In this document: positions 13,297-27,250 of the stretch, in pieces | How positions within the stretch are numbered: the stretch's first letter is position 1 | Layout of the letters: every line of letters starts with the position of its first letter | NCBI RefSeq assembly: GCF_963921235.1 | Contig: NC_086097.1 | Coordinates: 147,190,001-147,254,000, forward strand | DNA length: 64,000 nt | From: Mobula hypostoma | Lineage: Eukaryota | Direction: 5' to 3' | Position numbers and translations under genes: made by a program | Notes under the pieces: generated by a model | What the model saw: only the letters and a program-made list of their open reading frames with translations | Told to the model about the DNA's origin: nothing | The model's database searches: none

Positions 13297-14757
13297 CAGT
13301 GGATTCCAGTTCATTGGGACATATTGGGACAAGTATAGTTTGGCCCAATTAAGCGACTGCCCCAGTTAGCCAAACTTTCATGGAAATAGTTACAAAAAGG
13401 TATTAAAAAAGACAAACTACCATTTAACTGAGTAACAGATTATTAGATTAGATTAGATTATGAGGACACACAGTCCTCCTTTATTGTCATTTAGTAATGC
13501 ATGCATTAAGAAATGATACAATATTCTTCCGGTGTGATATCACAGAAACACAGGACAGATCAAGACTGAAAAACTAACAAAAACCACATAATTATAACAC
13601 ATAGTTACAACAGTGTAACAATACCATAATTTGATGAAGAACAGGCCATAGCACAGTAAAAAAGTTCAAAGTCTCTTGAAAGTCCCACACCTCATGCAGA
13701 CGGGAGAAGGAAGAAAACTCTCCCTGCCATGCCTGACCACAGTCCAACTCTGAGTCGTCCGAAAACTTCGAGCTCTGATCAGCCCTCCGACACCGAGTAC
13801 CGAGCACCATCTCTATCCGAACGGGTCGACCTCAGCCTTGGTCGCCAGCAGCAGGCAAAGCTAGGGATTTTGGGGCCTTCCCTCCGGAGATTCTCGATCG
13901 CACAGTAGCAGCGACAGTGAACTGGCACTTCAGAAATTTCTCCAGATGTTCCTCTGTGCTTTCACGTCTGCCTCCATCAAATCAGAATTGTCCACAGCCC
14001 CTATTTAACAGATACGATGTCATTTCACCAGAGAGCTGTGCGCGCTGCGTCACACTGCCATCTTCTCCTCCCGCGTTATGCATTTAACTGAAATACAGAA
14101 CAAATTGGAACACTACCAACACTATTGCAGTAGTATAAAACTGTGTATCAACAGAGGAATTCATCCTGTTTACTTTGCTGTGTTCTTTGATTGACTTTAA
14201 GCATATCAGTGCAGACACTTAGGGCAGAAAATGGATTGCCTTCATACAATGCTTTTGATGATTGGACCCTCCAAATCATTATTTTCATTGTAACATTCAA
14301 GATGAATATCGATACTTTCAAATTCTTTATTGTTCCTCACTTGCGGAAGTAATGAAATCCTTTTATTTTCCCTCCTGGCTGTATCTGGCATCTCCAACCC
14401 CGAATGCTTGAAATTGCAGTGAGCAAAACAGTTTTGAAATGTCTTACTGCTTACTTTTTGCCAACTATCAGTGAAAAAAATCTCTGTTTTTTGAACACAA
14501 ACACATGGAACTGACACTATTTAAAAACTGTTTGCTTTAAGTATGATGCAGTGTTTAACAGCTGCAGCAAGTGCAAGCAACTGATGCTACTTAAAAACCA
14601 CTCAGCAATAGTCTCTTGGCCCAATTATGCAGCATACTGTCCCAAATAAATGAAAGGAATCCGGACTATTTTCTTGATTAACCTTTGTTCTTGAAGAGTT
14701 GTTCCCAATAAACAGCTATCCAGATTAACTGATGGCCCAGGTAACTGGAATCCAATG
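13297..14757 (-). mobile_element. Tigger/pogo-type non-autonomous DNA transposon
   Basis: TIR CAGTGGATTCCAGTT / AACTGGAATCCAATG (14/15 match), TA after the right end; remnant DSWQKVSSKTFQNCFAHC resembles the DDE_1 C-terminus. Confidence 0.7.
13444..14075 (-). mobile_element. Non-autonomous LINE-derived element inserted in the Tigger copy
   Basis: (AATCT)n tail and AATAAA on the minus strand; CpG-rich 5' end starting ..AAGATGGC; TTAT duplicated at 13440-13443 and 14076-14079. Confidence 0.6.
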
Positions 14758-14997
14758 TACTTCTGATGGGTGAATTGATTTAGCATGAAATATTTTAATG
14801 TACACATTGTAAATAGGCCAGTGAAAATGTTGTGCCTTTGAATAATCTGGATACTTCTATAGATTGGCCAGAATGATGTCTTTCACTAATCTCATTTCTC
14901 CTCCAGTGGTTGTCTGATTCCATTTGATATTATCTATATTGCAAATACAGTGGAACATGATCATAGTGAGTGGAGTCAGGCAGTGTTTGATAACAGG

Positions 14998-15370
14998 TAC
15001 ATAGAAAAGAATATAGAAAATCTACAGCACATTATAGGCCCTTTGGCCCATAATGTTCTGCCGACCTTGTAACCTACTCTAGAAGCTGCCTAGAATTTCC
15101 CTACTGCATAGCCCTCTATTTTACTAAGCTCCATGTACCAATCTAAGAGTCTCTTAAAAGACCCTATTGTATCCAATCTGCCTCTACCACCTTCGCTGGT
15201 AGTTCGTTCCATGCACCCACCGCTCTCTGTCTAAAACTTGCCTCTGACATCCCCTTGTACCTACTTCCAAGCACCTTAAAACTATGCCTCCTTGTATTAG
15301 CCATTTCAGCCCTGGGAAAAAGCCTCTGGCTATCCACATGATCAATGCCTCTCATCATCTTATACATCTT
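14998..15370 (-). mobile_element. CR1 LINE 3' end
   Basis: MYKMMRGIDHVDSQRLFP...AVGAWNELP; ttctatgt-like tail. Confidence 0.85.
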
Positions 15371-16592
15371 TTTAAAACATGGGAGAAAAATAAAGTAAAA
15401 CAAAGTAATACTTGGAGATCATGTTGCACATTAGTTTTTGGAAGAAAAATCAAAGGGAATCTCAAACACTCTGTAGTTTTTCATATGTTTTGGGAACCTC
15501 CAGACATGCATCACAAAAACTCCAAATTGTGAATAATGAGTTTTATAATTCCAGCTGCAATTAATTACATAGCACTTCCAAAATAAGAATGCATACTAAT
15601 CTGTTCACTCAATTTAAAATGAAAACAGACAAGTCTGGAAAGGCAAAGGTGGTCCAAAGGCAACTCACTAATATTACTGATAAGAAAATAAATCAGTTTT
15701 GATGATAGGTTTTCATTGGAAACATCTTTCTTTGTATAATAACAAATGGTTTCATATGCTGGGGGCATCTAATTGAAATTCTGGCATTTTGTTTTCAAAT
15801 TTCCCGTTTTTTACTGACATGGACTGGAAATCAGTGCATTTCTAAATTCCAAAACATGGTCTTACAAAAAATCTGTTGCCTCAGTTTAACCTCATCATCC
15901 AATCATCCATCACCAGCTCTGTAGGATAGTGAAATGACAACGTAGATTATACGTTTGATTCATAAAGTGGGACTGAACTGCAGTTTTCTGATACAATGAC
16001 CACAGAGGCTTTCAGATGAACAAAGCTGACATTCAATTGGCATAACCAGGACTTAGTAGTTGAAGTGAAAGTTCCTGGTTACTTAAATATATCAGGCAAG
16101 AAATGACAATCACCCGAGAAAGAAAAGAGAATTAATCCTTCTCCTGCTTGAAAAAGAGAATTAAGTCAGAATGCTTAACAGGTAATTTTCCAATTTCACA
16201 CCATTGACTTGGCAAACATTCCTAATTGCTCTTGAGAAGACGTTGGTAAGTTGCCCTTTTGAAATGGCGCAATCCTGTTGTTTTAGAGAGGAAGTTCCAG
16301 TATTTGGACAGCCATAACAAACTTCTGGACATGCAGTATCTTCCCATGTCAAGATGGAGTGCACACTGTAGGTGGTCCGATGTGTCTGTTGCCTTGTCCT
16401 TCTTGATGATAGAGCTCCTGTGCTTGGACGCCATTGAAGTAGTATTCTAAGTAACTACAGTGCATTTTGTACATGGTAAACACTATAGACACTAAGTGCA
16501 GGTGACGGTGTGAACTAATCTTTACAATAGAGATCTATACAACTTTGTCCTGTGAGTGGAATTGGTGCTGGATTTAGCACTGAATTCCACCT

Positions 16593-18734
16593 TGTTATAT
16601 TTTGTAATTCCAAAATATGAAACTAGTTGAAAGCAAAAAAAAAATGGAGTCGGGAATGCGTGGCTTAGTTTTGTTTTCTACTTTAGCAGAATATGCTCTT
16701 ACGATGTGGTGGCATGATGCCAAATGCCATTCACATTCTTTTGCATATAACCCGTAACTAATTATTTAAATGAAGATGAATTCTTAATCAAACAATAAAA
16801 TTACACATATATTAAATATTGCTGAAGTATTAAATACACAACACTCTTCCCTGCTTAGCAATAAACTCCAACTCAATATAGAATGCATCTCAGCTTATAT
16901 ACATATATCATCTCACACAAGTTCTATATGGACATCTGCAGTAGAGTAAATTTTATATTGTCCCATTCAGGCCTAAAGATTTAATTGCTGTGAGGGATTT
17001 CTTACTCTTGTGGTAGTTGTAGGAGTTGACCCTGGACTGCAGGAAGTGCTTCTGATAGCTCTGGACAACTTTCTTCTGGATGTGTTGGAATCCTGAACAG
17101 AGTACGGCGAGCTGCTCAATCTGTTGATCTATCCCAGGCTACCAGATAAGATTACAAACAGCGCTTTCAGTTTGACCATACCTAGATGACTGGCATGTAG
17201 CTCCTCCAAAACTTTATCGCTCAGCTTGGATCCCCACATAAGGTAACCTCCTGAGTTCATTCAGGTGCTGGTAAAAATGGGGGAACTAGGAAGGTGCTGG
17301 TAAAAATGGGGGAACTAGTATCCCTGCTGTACATTCCAGCCATTTTCAGTTGCATGTAGACTTGTGGTTGTGTGGGCTCTTTTCTAGTTTCCCTTTGGAT
17401 CATCTCTACTGTAATAGGGAGATTTTTGACTTGTACTAGGAAGAATATGTTAAGAGGAGCATCCTCTTTTGTAAATTTTTCAGGTATTTCCTTTTGCAAG
17501 GGTAAACGGAGCAATCCACCAGTATTTCCATAATTAGTTGTCCTCTTGAATTTGATCTTGTAATTGTGTTCTCCCAGAAACAAAGCTCATTTCTGAACTC
17601 ACGCTAATGCTGTTGGTGGAACACCCTTCTGTGGATTGAAAATGGACACTAGTGGTTCATGATCAGTAATGAGAGTAAATTCGGTCCCATACAAATAATG
17701 GCTGAAACATCCCAAACCAGAGTCAAGACTTCTCTGTCAATCTATATGTAATTTTTCTCAGCAGCGGTAAGGGAATGTGATGCAAAGGCTATAGGGCATT
17801 CACTTCCATCAGTCATAGCACGTGACATGACTGCACCTATATCATACGGCGAGGCATCACACGCATGCTTTACAGAATGATGTGGCTCATAATGTGTGAC
17901 TACAGTGTTTGACATCACCATTTCCTCTGTGGATTTGAAAGGCACCTCACATTGCTTTGTCCATTGCTTTTACTTCCTCATCTTTATTAATGTATTCAAA
18001 GGGTAGAACATTGTAGCCAAGTTTGGCAGGAACTTGATAAAATAATTGGCGTATCCCAAAAAGGACCGCAACTATAGCACATCTTGGGCATCTACTATTG
18101 CTTGAACTTTGTCTGCACACTTGTGTAAATCCTTGTGCATTAATGATGTGACCACAGTAATTGATGCTTGGTTTAAAGAATTCATACTTGCTGCATCACG
18201 CTCTGAGCCCATGATCTTCTAATCTTTTTAACAATGTCTTGAGATTTTGGGGATGCTCCTTGTTATTCCCACTGGTAACAATGTTGTCAACCAGGTAATA
18301 CTGAGTGCCTGGGCTGCCTTGCAGCACCTGGTCCATAATTTTCTGCCAGAGTGCAGGTGCAGATGCTACTCGAAAAATAAGCTTATTTTATAGATAAAAC
18401 CCTTTGTGAGTGTTTATTGTGAGAAACACTTTATACTCTTCACATCTACATCTGTCAGTAGGGCTCAGCTAAATCCACTTTGCTTCAGTGTTTTCCTCTA
18501 GAACAGCTTGCAAAGATATCCTCTATCATGGGCAGAGGGTATTGATCAACTTTCAACACTGGGTTAATGGTGACCTTAAACACACCACAGATGTTGCCAG
18601 CCCCATTCTTGGCCACTGGGACCATTGGCAACCTTGGAAAGAATTCCTTTATATATAAATGAACAAGGAATGCATAATCAAACAATATATCTACAATGTG
18701 ACTCAAACATTACTGAAATATTAAATACACAACA
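16593..18734 (-). mobile_element. Internally deleted Ty3/Gypsy LTR retrotransposon
   Basis: Both LTRs start TGTTGTGTATTTAATA on minus (18734 and 16843); PPT GGGAAGAG precedes the 3' LTR; RT DQYPLPMIEDIF and RNase H DASPYDIGAVMS / PIAFASHSLTAAEKNY; 5-bp TSD CACCT/CATCT. Confidence 0.85.
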
Positions 18735-19003
18735 CATCTGGTTCCTGACTTGTGTCTTGCAAGTTTCAAAAAGCCCTTGCAATGCAAATAGGTGAACCAT
18801 TCATTACATATCACACTGATTTACTATCTTATATTGTTATATGGCTGGCCCTGTTATGCTGGTTAAGCTCTGGTCATTGGTAGTCCCGAGCATACTAGTA
18901 GTAAGAGACTTGAGAATGGTAATGCCACTGAACTTCAAGGGTAGACGGTTAATATCTGCTTTGTTTGAGACTGACATTGCCTGGTAGTTCTATTTCTTAC
19001 CGC

Positions 19004-19872
19004 TGTTACATAACCGGCAACAATGAATATTAATCGAGACAGGTTTTATGAAAACCAAATATTTATTAAACACATATAAGTGATAAGGGAAAAAAAAGGA
19101 AAACTTTAACCGGAGGTTAAACGGGTACACAGCCGTTCATCAACTCCACTCGGCTCTGGTTCTTAAAGTGTTAAATACAAAAACAGTTCTTAAAGCGATA
19201 CAGTCAGAAACAGTTCTTAAAGCGATAACTTTGAAAGTCCAACAGTTTTACACATTTAATTTGGGGAGACTTCTCTGGAGAAGGATTTCTTCACAGACGC
19301 ACCTTTACTGCTGGTTCTGTCCACAGGATTCTCGATGCGGAAAATAAACAGTTTAAATCAACTGACCTTAAATTCCTTTTAGAGAGAGAGAGAGCCTTTG
19401 TGCATGAACTCATTGCGCTATTGCAAGAGTTATCTCAATGCAGGTTCTATTCAACGAAGACTCAATAAGGTCGATCCTTTATTAAACTGCCAAACGATGC
19501 CGAATTCCCTCGATCCTTCACTTCGATGAATTCTTCACTCTCCCTTCAAAACTGTTGGAATTGAGTAAATTGGCACTTCCAGCCACAAATTTCCAGTTCA
19601 AATACCATATCTTGTAAGAGAACGCACCTTCCGTTTTAAAAATGAAACTGTGTCACAAAAACAAACACGCAACAGAAATGGAGATACAGCACGTTCTACC
19701 TGGAAATCTACAAACTCAAAAACCTACTGTGTCACCTGGGTCGACCCTTATATAGTCACGGGGCACATGTCATCACGTGACCTCACAACGGCGGGAAAAT
19801 CACATCAGGTGACCTCCAAAAGACCATTACAGCATTCTCACAAAAAAAACAGATCTCCTTGAGCATGTAACA
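19004..19872 (-). mobile_element. Solo LTR (869 bp)
   Basis: TGTTACA...TGTAACA termini; 4-bp TSD CCGC/CCAC; TATATAA and AATAAA on the minus strand; homologous to 29388-30254. Confidence 0.85.
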
Positions 19873-21799
19873 CCACTTATTAGCCCATGCCTTTGTTTCC
19901 ATCACCACTTTTGATATTGTGATAGATGGAACTCAGGCCTCCCTTCAGCATTTTCAGGAAGACTAGATTGTCCAGCCCTCATATGTCTGATATTTATAAT
20001 CTGTATAACCCACGGTAGACTCATCAGCTCTCCCTACCATTGACATTATCATTCTTCAGTTACTCTCATCTTCCCTCCTACTATTCCTGCTGATCCTCGT
20101 GTTGTTCTGCTGAACACGGTGGCATGCCATATTGGCACTGGAATGCGTGGCTGCCTCTAGCACATTCCTAGATTGCATTGGTTGGCAGCACAAATGACAC
20201 ATTTCATCCACTGTATGTTTTGATGTACATGTGATAAATAATTTGCATCTGAATCTGGATGGAAGGATATTGATGAATCACCTCAAGTTCTGAATCATGG
20301 TTTGGTTTTGTGCTGGGTTCGCAGTTTCTCAAAGTAAATCATAAACAGACTACCGTCATTTTTTGTTTTAACAGAATTGTCATTAATGAACTCTAATAGA
20401 TTTCCCAACAAAAAGTTTTTGTTGTTGAGTACAAGATTAATTTTTTTCATGAGAAAAGTAATTGAATGACTATTTATCTGCAGTCCAATGAATGGATTTC
20501 ATAAACTAAAACTATATTGTTCCATGTTGGGGAAAAAACTGGATATTCATAGTAGGTATCTGTTGAAATATCTATGCTTGTAAAATACACATGTTGTTGT
20601 GAGGGATGCTTTCACTTAAAAATTCCTTTAACTGAGATGTTGATCTACTAACCAAACCACTTTTTCTCAACATGCGTATTTTATTTCCTTCTTCTGAAAT
20701 GAACATTCTCTTTCACAGATTAGAATCACATCTCTTGTTTCATCTTCAGCTTCCACAAATAAGCAGGACTGGTACTATACACAATAGGTTTTGAATTAGG
20801 AGCCAGTTACTGATTTTGTTGTGTGCTCCTCCATTTGCAAGAATTATTAAAAGGACACAAATTTAAGATACTTGGCAAAAGGGTAAGAGCAGAAATGAAA
20901 TATATATTTTAATGCAGTGATTTTTGTTATGTTCTGAAAGGTTGTGAAGGAGATTTAGGAGGACATGGGGTATGTAATCAGAAGAGAGGAATTTAAGACC
21001 CTATGGAAATAACAAAAGAATAAAATTAATTTGATAGCTGTTTCTAAGAGGTAGCAAAGGAGCTACGTGCTATGGTTAAGCGTCTTCCTTCAGTGCTGTA
21101 TAATTCTAAAATCTATCATTCTATAATTGTCTGGAATTTGCTGGTAGTATCAAACACCACACACTGAACTATGAAAAAAGCCTGAACTTATGTTTTGCAG
21201 GTTCCTCAATGTTAATGCTACAAGGTGTTCCCTGATAAACTGCTAGTACGTGAGATTTGGGATTTTGAAATAAGCCTTGCATATAAACTACTGAAAAACA
21301 CTTTGGTAATAGCTCAGCCCCAAATCGTGCCTCAGCCGGCAAAAAAAAAACATTTAAAAGCTGTGAATTCAAATAGATTAAAACAATATTAAAACAATCA
21401 AAAAAGCAGAAGTACCAAAAAATATATGAAGCTATTAGTTCATAAGAAATGTAAAGTACCCAAAACTCACCTTGCTCTTTTACAGCCAAACCACCCAAAC
21501 TGGGTTACAGTTGCTACATCAGGTCTAACTAATGGAGATTCCTCAGACTAAACACTAAGGAATTCCGGAAAGTTCATCCTCCATTGTCACATTTTACGAG
21601 GAGTCCAATGTTGCACCACAGCCAGGAAAGGGTCAAAGAGGAGTCTGTAGTTTTGGTTTCAAAACTTGTGCATTATGGTTCTGACATGTAAATATTGTTG
21701 CAGTTTCATTGGAAGTACCTAGAGTTTCTAGCTCTATTAAAAAAAGAATCTCAAAAGCAGAGGTGGAGGAGTATGATCAACTCTTCTTGGCACCCTGTC

Positions 21800-22617
21800 T
21801 ACTTAGGACAGATGCCTCACTTTCAAGAACCACATCAATAAGACAAAGGCAAAAGTGAGTGCATGAAACAAGTAAGCTCACTAACACAAAATGGGGAGCA
21901 AGCTCGGAATCATTGCGAACCAGTGCACTTGCTCTTTGCTATTTCACTGCCGAATACGCTTGCCCTGCATGGGGAATATCTACTCATGCTAAGAAGATGG
22001 ATGCCGTTCTGAATACAAGCTGCCGACTTACCACAGGTTGCTTAAAACCAACAAACACCAACAGCCTATATATTCTGGCGAGTGTCGCTCCCCCTGATAT
22101 AAGAGGAATGGTAGCCAGCAAGAAAGAATGACTCTGTCAAGCATCAGATGAGAGGCACCCTCTACATGGTCATACACTTACACCCAGCAGCCTGAAGTCA
22201 AGGAAGAGCTTCATGAACAATGTTGTTCCATTACAATCAACCCCACCTGAAGCCCGCATCGCCTCGTGGAAAGACTGGCTCACCGGTCTCAAACAACCCC
22301 CAGCGATGGAAATTCCACCGGATGAAAGCCTTTCCCCAGGAGCTAATCGCACTGGGCAACCTGGAAGTGCCTAAATAGACTTAGGACTGGTGTAGGTCAT
22401 TCAAAGTTGTCACTAAGCAAATGGGGATATACAACCAGCCCGACAACTTGTGAATGTGAAACTGAGCCACAAACTATGCAACATCTCCTGCAACGCCCAT
22501 CGCTAGAGGAATCCTGTACTGTTGCAGATCTTGCCGAATTCATAAACAAGGCACAGAAATGTGTCCAGTTCTGGCTGGGCCATGTATAGACTGTCCATGG
22601 ACATTATAAGAAGAAGA
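21800..22617 (+). mobile_element. RTE/RTEX-like LINE 3' fragment
   Basis: LRTSALALCYFTAEYACPAW, C-terminal CECETEPQTMQHLL zinc-knuckle remnant, (AAG)n tail. Confidence 0.75.
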
Positions 22618-23634
22618 AATCTTCTCAGTGCACAGATATATCAGTGCTGTCTCAATTCTGCTCACCAGACCTGGAATATCTAGCAGTAAAATGCTGTCCT
22701 TTTTACCTACCATGGGAATTGTCCAGGATCATTTTGGTTGCAGTTTATATTCCACCTCAAGCCAATGTCAGGCAGGTTTTAGGTGATCTGAGTAATGGGA
22801 TCAACATGCAAGAAACAACACACCCTAATGCCTTAACCGTCATTTTGGGAGATTTTAACAGGCCAGTCTGAAAATCTTAAGGAAGCAACTACCATCAACA
22901 GATCACTTGCAATACCAGAGGAAACAACACACTGGAACATTGCCACACCACCATCAAGAAAACCTATTGTGCTATTCCACACCCCCACATTGGTAAGTCT
23001 GATCACCTGGCTGTACTTCTACTCCCTGGGAATAGACAGAGACTGAAGCACCAGCACTGAGGACCGGGGTATGGACAAGGGAAGCACAGGAGCGTCTACA
23101 GGACTGCTTTGAATCGGTGGACTGGACTGTATTCAGGGATTCTTTGAACCTGGATGAGTATGCTGCAGTTGATACCGACTTCATTAATACCTGTGTGGAT
23201 GAGTGTGTGCCTACAAGGACTTACTGTACAGTCCCAAACCAAAAGCCGTGGATGAACCAGGAGATACGTCATCTGTTGAAGGCTAGATCTGTGGCATTAA
23301 AGCCTAGCGACCCAGGCCTGTACCAGAAAACCAGGTATGATTTGCGGAGGGCTAGTTCAAGGGCGAAGAGACATTTCGAATGAGGTTGGAGGTGACATCC
23401 GATGCATGGCAGTTTTGGCAGGGTTTGCAAGACATTACTTCTGACAATAGCATGAATGACAGTGATGCTTCACTACCAGGTGAACTCTATGTCTACTTTG
23501 AAAGGGAGAACACAACTACAGCTGTGAAGGTCCCTGCTGCACCTGATGATTCTGTGATCTCTGTCTCAGAGGTCGATGTTAGGCTGTCCTTAAAGAAAGT
23601 GAACCCTCGCAAGGTGGAATGTCCAAATGGAGTA

Positions 23635-24744
23635 CAGGTTTCACCCGCTATCTGAAAGTAGAGCATTCCTATGAAACCTTTCATAGGCCGAAATGGCGTA
23701 AAAGGAAGAAGCAATTACCATTAATTTATATGGGAAAAATTTTTGAGCGTTCCCAGACCCAAAAAATAACCTACCAAATCATACCAAATAACACCAAATA
23801 GCGAGGGAGTTAGATATGACCCTTGTGGCTAAAGGGATCAGGGGGTATGGAGGGAAGGCTGGTACAGGGTTCTGAGTTGGATGATCAGCCATGATCATAC
23901 TGAATGGTGGTGCAGGCTCGAAGGGCCGAATGGCCTACTCCTGCACCTATTTTCTATGTTTCTATGTTTTCTATGTAACACATAAAACCTAAAATAACAC
24001 TAACGTATAGTAAAAGCAGGAATGATATGATAAATATACAGCCGAAAAAGTAGAAATAATGTAGTAGTTTCACTTACCAGAATCGGGAAGACAGCGAGCA
24101 CACTGGAACACCACGGAACACCACGCTTTGTACACCCATCAATCCACTCAAGCAATAGACTTTCCATTTTATCCATTACTGGATGCCGACTAAAAGAGAC
24201 CGCTTTACTACTAGCAGAACCATAGTAACATCGGCAGCTTTCAAGATTCTTTCTCTCTGCGTGTAAATAGAACGAATGGTGGACACAGGCAAGTTCAACG
24301 CACGCACAATGTCTTTATTTCGTTCACCACGATTGAAATGCTTAATTACGTCCAATTTTACGCTAAGCGTAACACCCTTATGAGCTCTCTTAGGCTTTTC
24401 TGATACCCTAGGACACATCTTGCTAATGGATGCACGAAATAAATCGAGATAAAGCACAGATGCTCACAGGCACAGTTCAAAGCTATGGTGGCTTGATGCT
24501 GAAATGCTGAGTGTAGTTCCTGGGGAAGGAGCTTGGCGGTACCACTCTCGCTGCTCGGGATGCGTGCTGCCTTTATAACGGCTTGCTGCAAAACAAACGC
24601 TGAACGCTATTTTCGCTTTTCTCCTTTTTTGGTAAAAGCAAAAATCCTCCGGATTTCTTTCGTTTAGCGAAAACAGGTACTAATGTAGGTCTTTCGTAAA
24701 AGCAAAGTGGCTTAAAGTGAATTTTCGAAAAGCGAGGGTACCTG
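23635..24744 (-). mobile_element. Tigger/pogo DNA transposon deletion derivative
   Basis: TA TSD (23633-34, 24745-46) splits the Rex1 codons GV|PGKALK; imperfect CAGGT..CGCT TIRs; CENP-B/psq-like HTH N-terminus KGVTLSVKLDVIKHFNRGERNKDIVRALNLPVSTIRSI. Confidence 0.85.
23795..23975 (+). mobile_element. Short CR1 3' end nested in the Tigger element
   Basis: TAACAC TSD (23789-94, 23976-81); GGCCGAATGGCC hairpin and (TTCTATGT)n tail; very similar to the 3' end of the full-length CR1 at 50.5 kb. Confidence 0.88.
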
Positions 24745-26419
24745 TACCTGGTAAGGCTCTGAAAACCTGTGCCAACCAACTAGCAGGAGTATTCAAGGAC
24801 ATTTTTAACCTCTCATTGCTACGGGCGGAAATTCCCACTTACTTCAAAAAGGCAACAATTATACCAACGCCTAAGAAGAATAATGTGGGCTACCTTAATG
24901 ACTATCGCCTGGTAGCACTCACCTGGACAGTGATGAAATGCTTTGAGAGGTTGGTCATGACTAGGCTGAACTCCTGCCTCAGCAAGGACCTGGACCCATT
25001 GCAATTTGCCTATCGCCACAATAGGTCAATGGCAGACACAATCTCAACGGCTTTCCACACGGCTTTAGACAACCTGGACAACACAAACATCTATGTCAGG
25101 ATGCTGTTCATTGACTATAGCTCAGCATTTAATACCATCATTCCCACAACCCTGATTGAGAAGTTGAACAACCTGGGCCTCTGCAATTGGATCCTTGACT
25201 CCCTAACCGGAAAACCACAATCTGTGTGGATTGGTGATAACATATCCTTCTTGCTGATGATCAACACTGGCGCACCTCAGGGGTGTGTGCTTAGCCCACT
25301 GCTCTACTCTCTATATACGCATGACTGTGTGGCTAGGTATAGATCAAATACCATCTATAAATTTGCTGACAATACAACCATTGTTGGTAGAATCTCATTT
25401 GGTGACAAGAGGGCACACAGGAGCGAGATGTGCCAACTAGTGGAGTGATGCCACAGCAACAACCTGGCACTCTACATCAGAAAGACGAAAGAGTTGATTG
25501 TGGACTTCAGGGAGGGTAAGACGAAGGAACACATACCAATCCTCACAGAGGGATCAGAAGTGGAGAGAGTGAGCAGTTTCAAGTTCCTGGGTGTCAAGGT
25601 CTTTGAAGACCTAACCTGGTCCCAATATATCGATGTAGTTATAAAGAAAGCAGGACAGTGGCTATACTTCATTAGGAGATCGGAGGGATTTGCCATGGCC
25701 ACAAATACACTCAGCAACATCTATAGTTGTATCGTGGAGAGCATTCTGACAGGCTGCATCACCGTCTCGTATGTAGGGGCTACTGCACAGGAGTGAAAGA
25801 AGCTGTAGAAGGTTTTTAAATCTAGTCAGCTCCATCTTGTGTACTAGCCTACAAAGTACTCAGGACTTCTTCAGGGAACAGTGTCCCAGAAAAGCAGCAT
25901 CCATTATTAAGGACCTCCAGCACCCAGGGCATGCCCTTTTCTCACTGTTACCATCAGGTAGGAGATACAGAAGCCTAAAGGCACACAGTCAGTGATTCAG
26001 GAACAGTTTCTTCCCCTCTGCCATCTGATTCCTAAATGGACACTGAATCTTTGGACATTACCTCACTTTTTAAAAAATATACAGTATTTCTGTTTTGTAC
26101 TTTTTAAAATCTATTCAATATACATAATTGATTTACTTGTTTGTTTATTTATTATTATTATTTTTTTTTCTCTGCTAGTTTATGTATTGCATTGAACTGC
26201 TGCTGCTAAGTTAACAGATTTCACGTCACATGCCAGTGATAATAACCCTGATTCTGATTCTAAGAATCATGGGCTGTGATATTGACATCAATGAGAAGAC
26301 TAATATCGCTGGACCACAAAGACTTCCTGATTACTTTCAGGTGTATCTTATGGATTTTGGGCTGCTGATCATGGAAGTCACTGTGAAATTTCCCTACCCC
26401 GCACTATTTTTGTGAAGTC

Positions 26420-27250
26420 ACCTATATTTGTTATTTCAATTCATAATTCCACCCAATTAAAACTTTGCTCACAATGTAAGCTGAAAAGTTTTCTGTCTTG
26501 TCCAGGCATGCTTAGCCAGGGTGGATGCTGCATGGCAAGACAGGCTTTAGAAAGGCTATAAACTTCCATGAAGGATTTTGGTGTTTGAGACGGATGTTTC
26601 CCTGAATAACTGTTGCTAAGATTAAGGAGGGAACTTTTGCTGGTCCGCAAATCGAACAAGTCATGGATGACAGGCATTTCAATGAATTTCTAGTGGGACC
26701 AGAGAAAGTCGCATGAAGACATACAAAGATGGTGCTGAAAATTTTGTTGGCAACTACAGAGCACCAAACAAAGTGCAGCTGGTTGACAATATGCTTCAAT
26801 CATACCAAACCATAAAGTACAACATGTCACCCCAAAGATTCATTTTCTGCATTTCCATTTTCAACCTTCCCTGCAAATCTTGATGCCATCAGTGATAAGC
26901 ATAGTGAAAGGTTTCACCAGGACATTGTAGTCATGGAGAAGTGGTATCAGGGCAACTGGAATCCATCAATTCTGGCTGATTATTGATGGACACTTAAGTG
27001 AGAAGGCTCAGACATAGAGTACAAATGAAAATTATCAAGACATTTTTAGCTTAGTTGAACTGACGCAAACCATCAACACCATTATGAAATTAAATGCATT
27101 ATATTCAACAAAAGTTAATTTCTTCTTTCTCCAAATTTCAATGTGATACAAGTAGTCTGAAATTATATTTGTGTTCAGCTTCAATGGGTCTATCATAAAT
27201 TTTAAAAATTCTGAGGAAGGAACACTTTCAAAAAAATTTGTTGTTCAGTG
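26420..27250 (+). mobile_element. CMC/Chapaev3-like DNA transposon 3' portion (degenerate transposase)
   Basis: Frame-broken KIKEG.FAGPQI, KIHFLH, FPANL..ISDKHSERFHQDI..MEK.YQG.WNPS.LADY; ends ...TTTGTTGTTCAGTG (CACTG-type terminus). Confidence 0.7.

Larger units (their letters stand above)
22620..26260 (+). mobile_element. Rex1/Babar LINE (AP endonuclease + RT, degenerate) interrupted by a Tigger insertion
   Basis: [77 protein letters not shown]; (GATTCT)n tail at about 26250-26260. Confidence 0.9.

Noticed and set aside
17262..17318. 29-bp direct duplication AGGTGCTGGTAAAAATGGGGGAACTAG
   Set aside because: A local slippage duplication inside a dead Gypsy element, with no sign of function.
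21471..21547. Minus-strand exon candidate with strong donor AAG|gtgagt (SEESPLVRPDVATVTQFGWFGCKRA)
   Set aside because: The acceptor is ambiguous and it could not be linked confidently to the exon chain.
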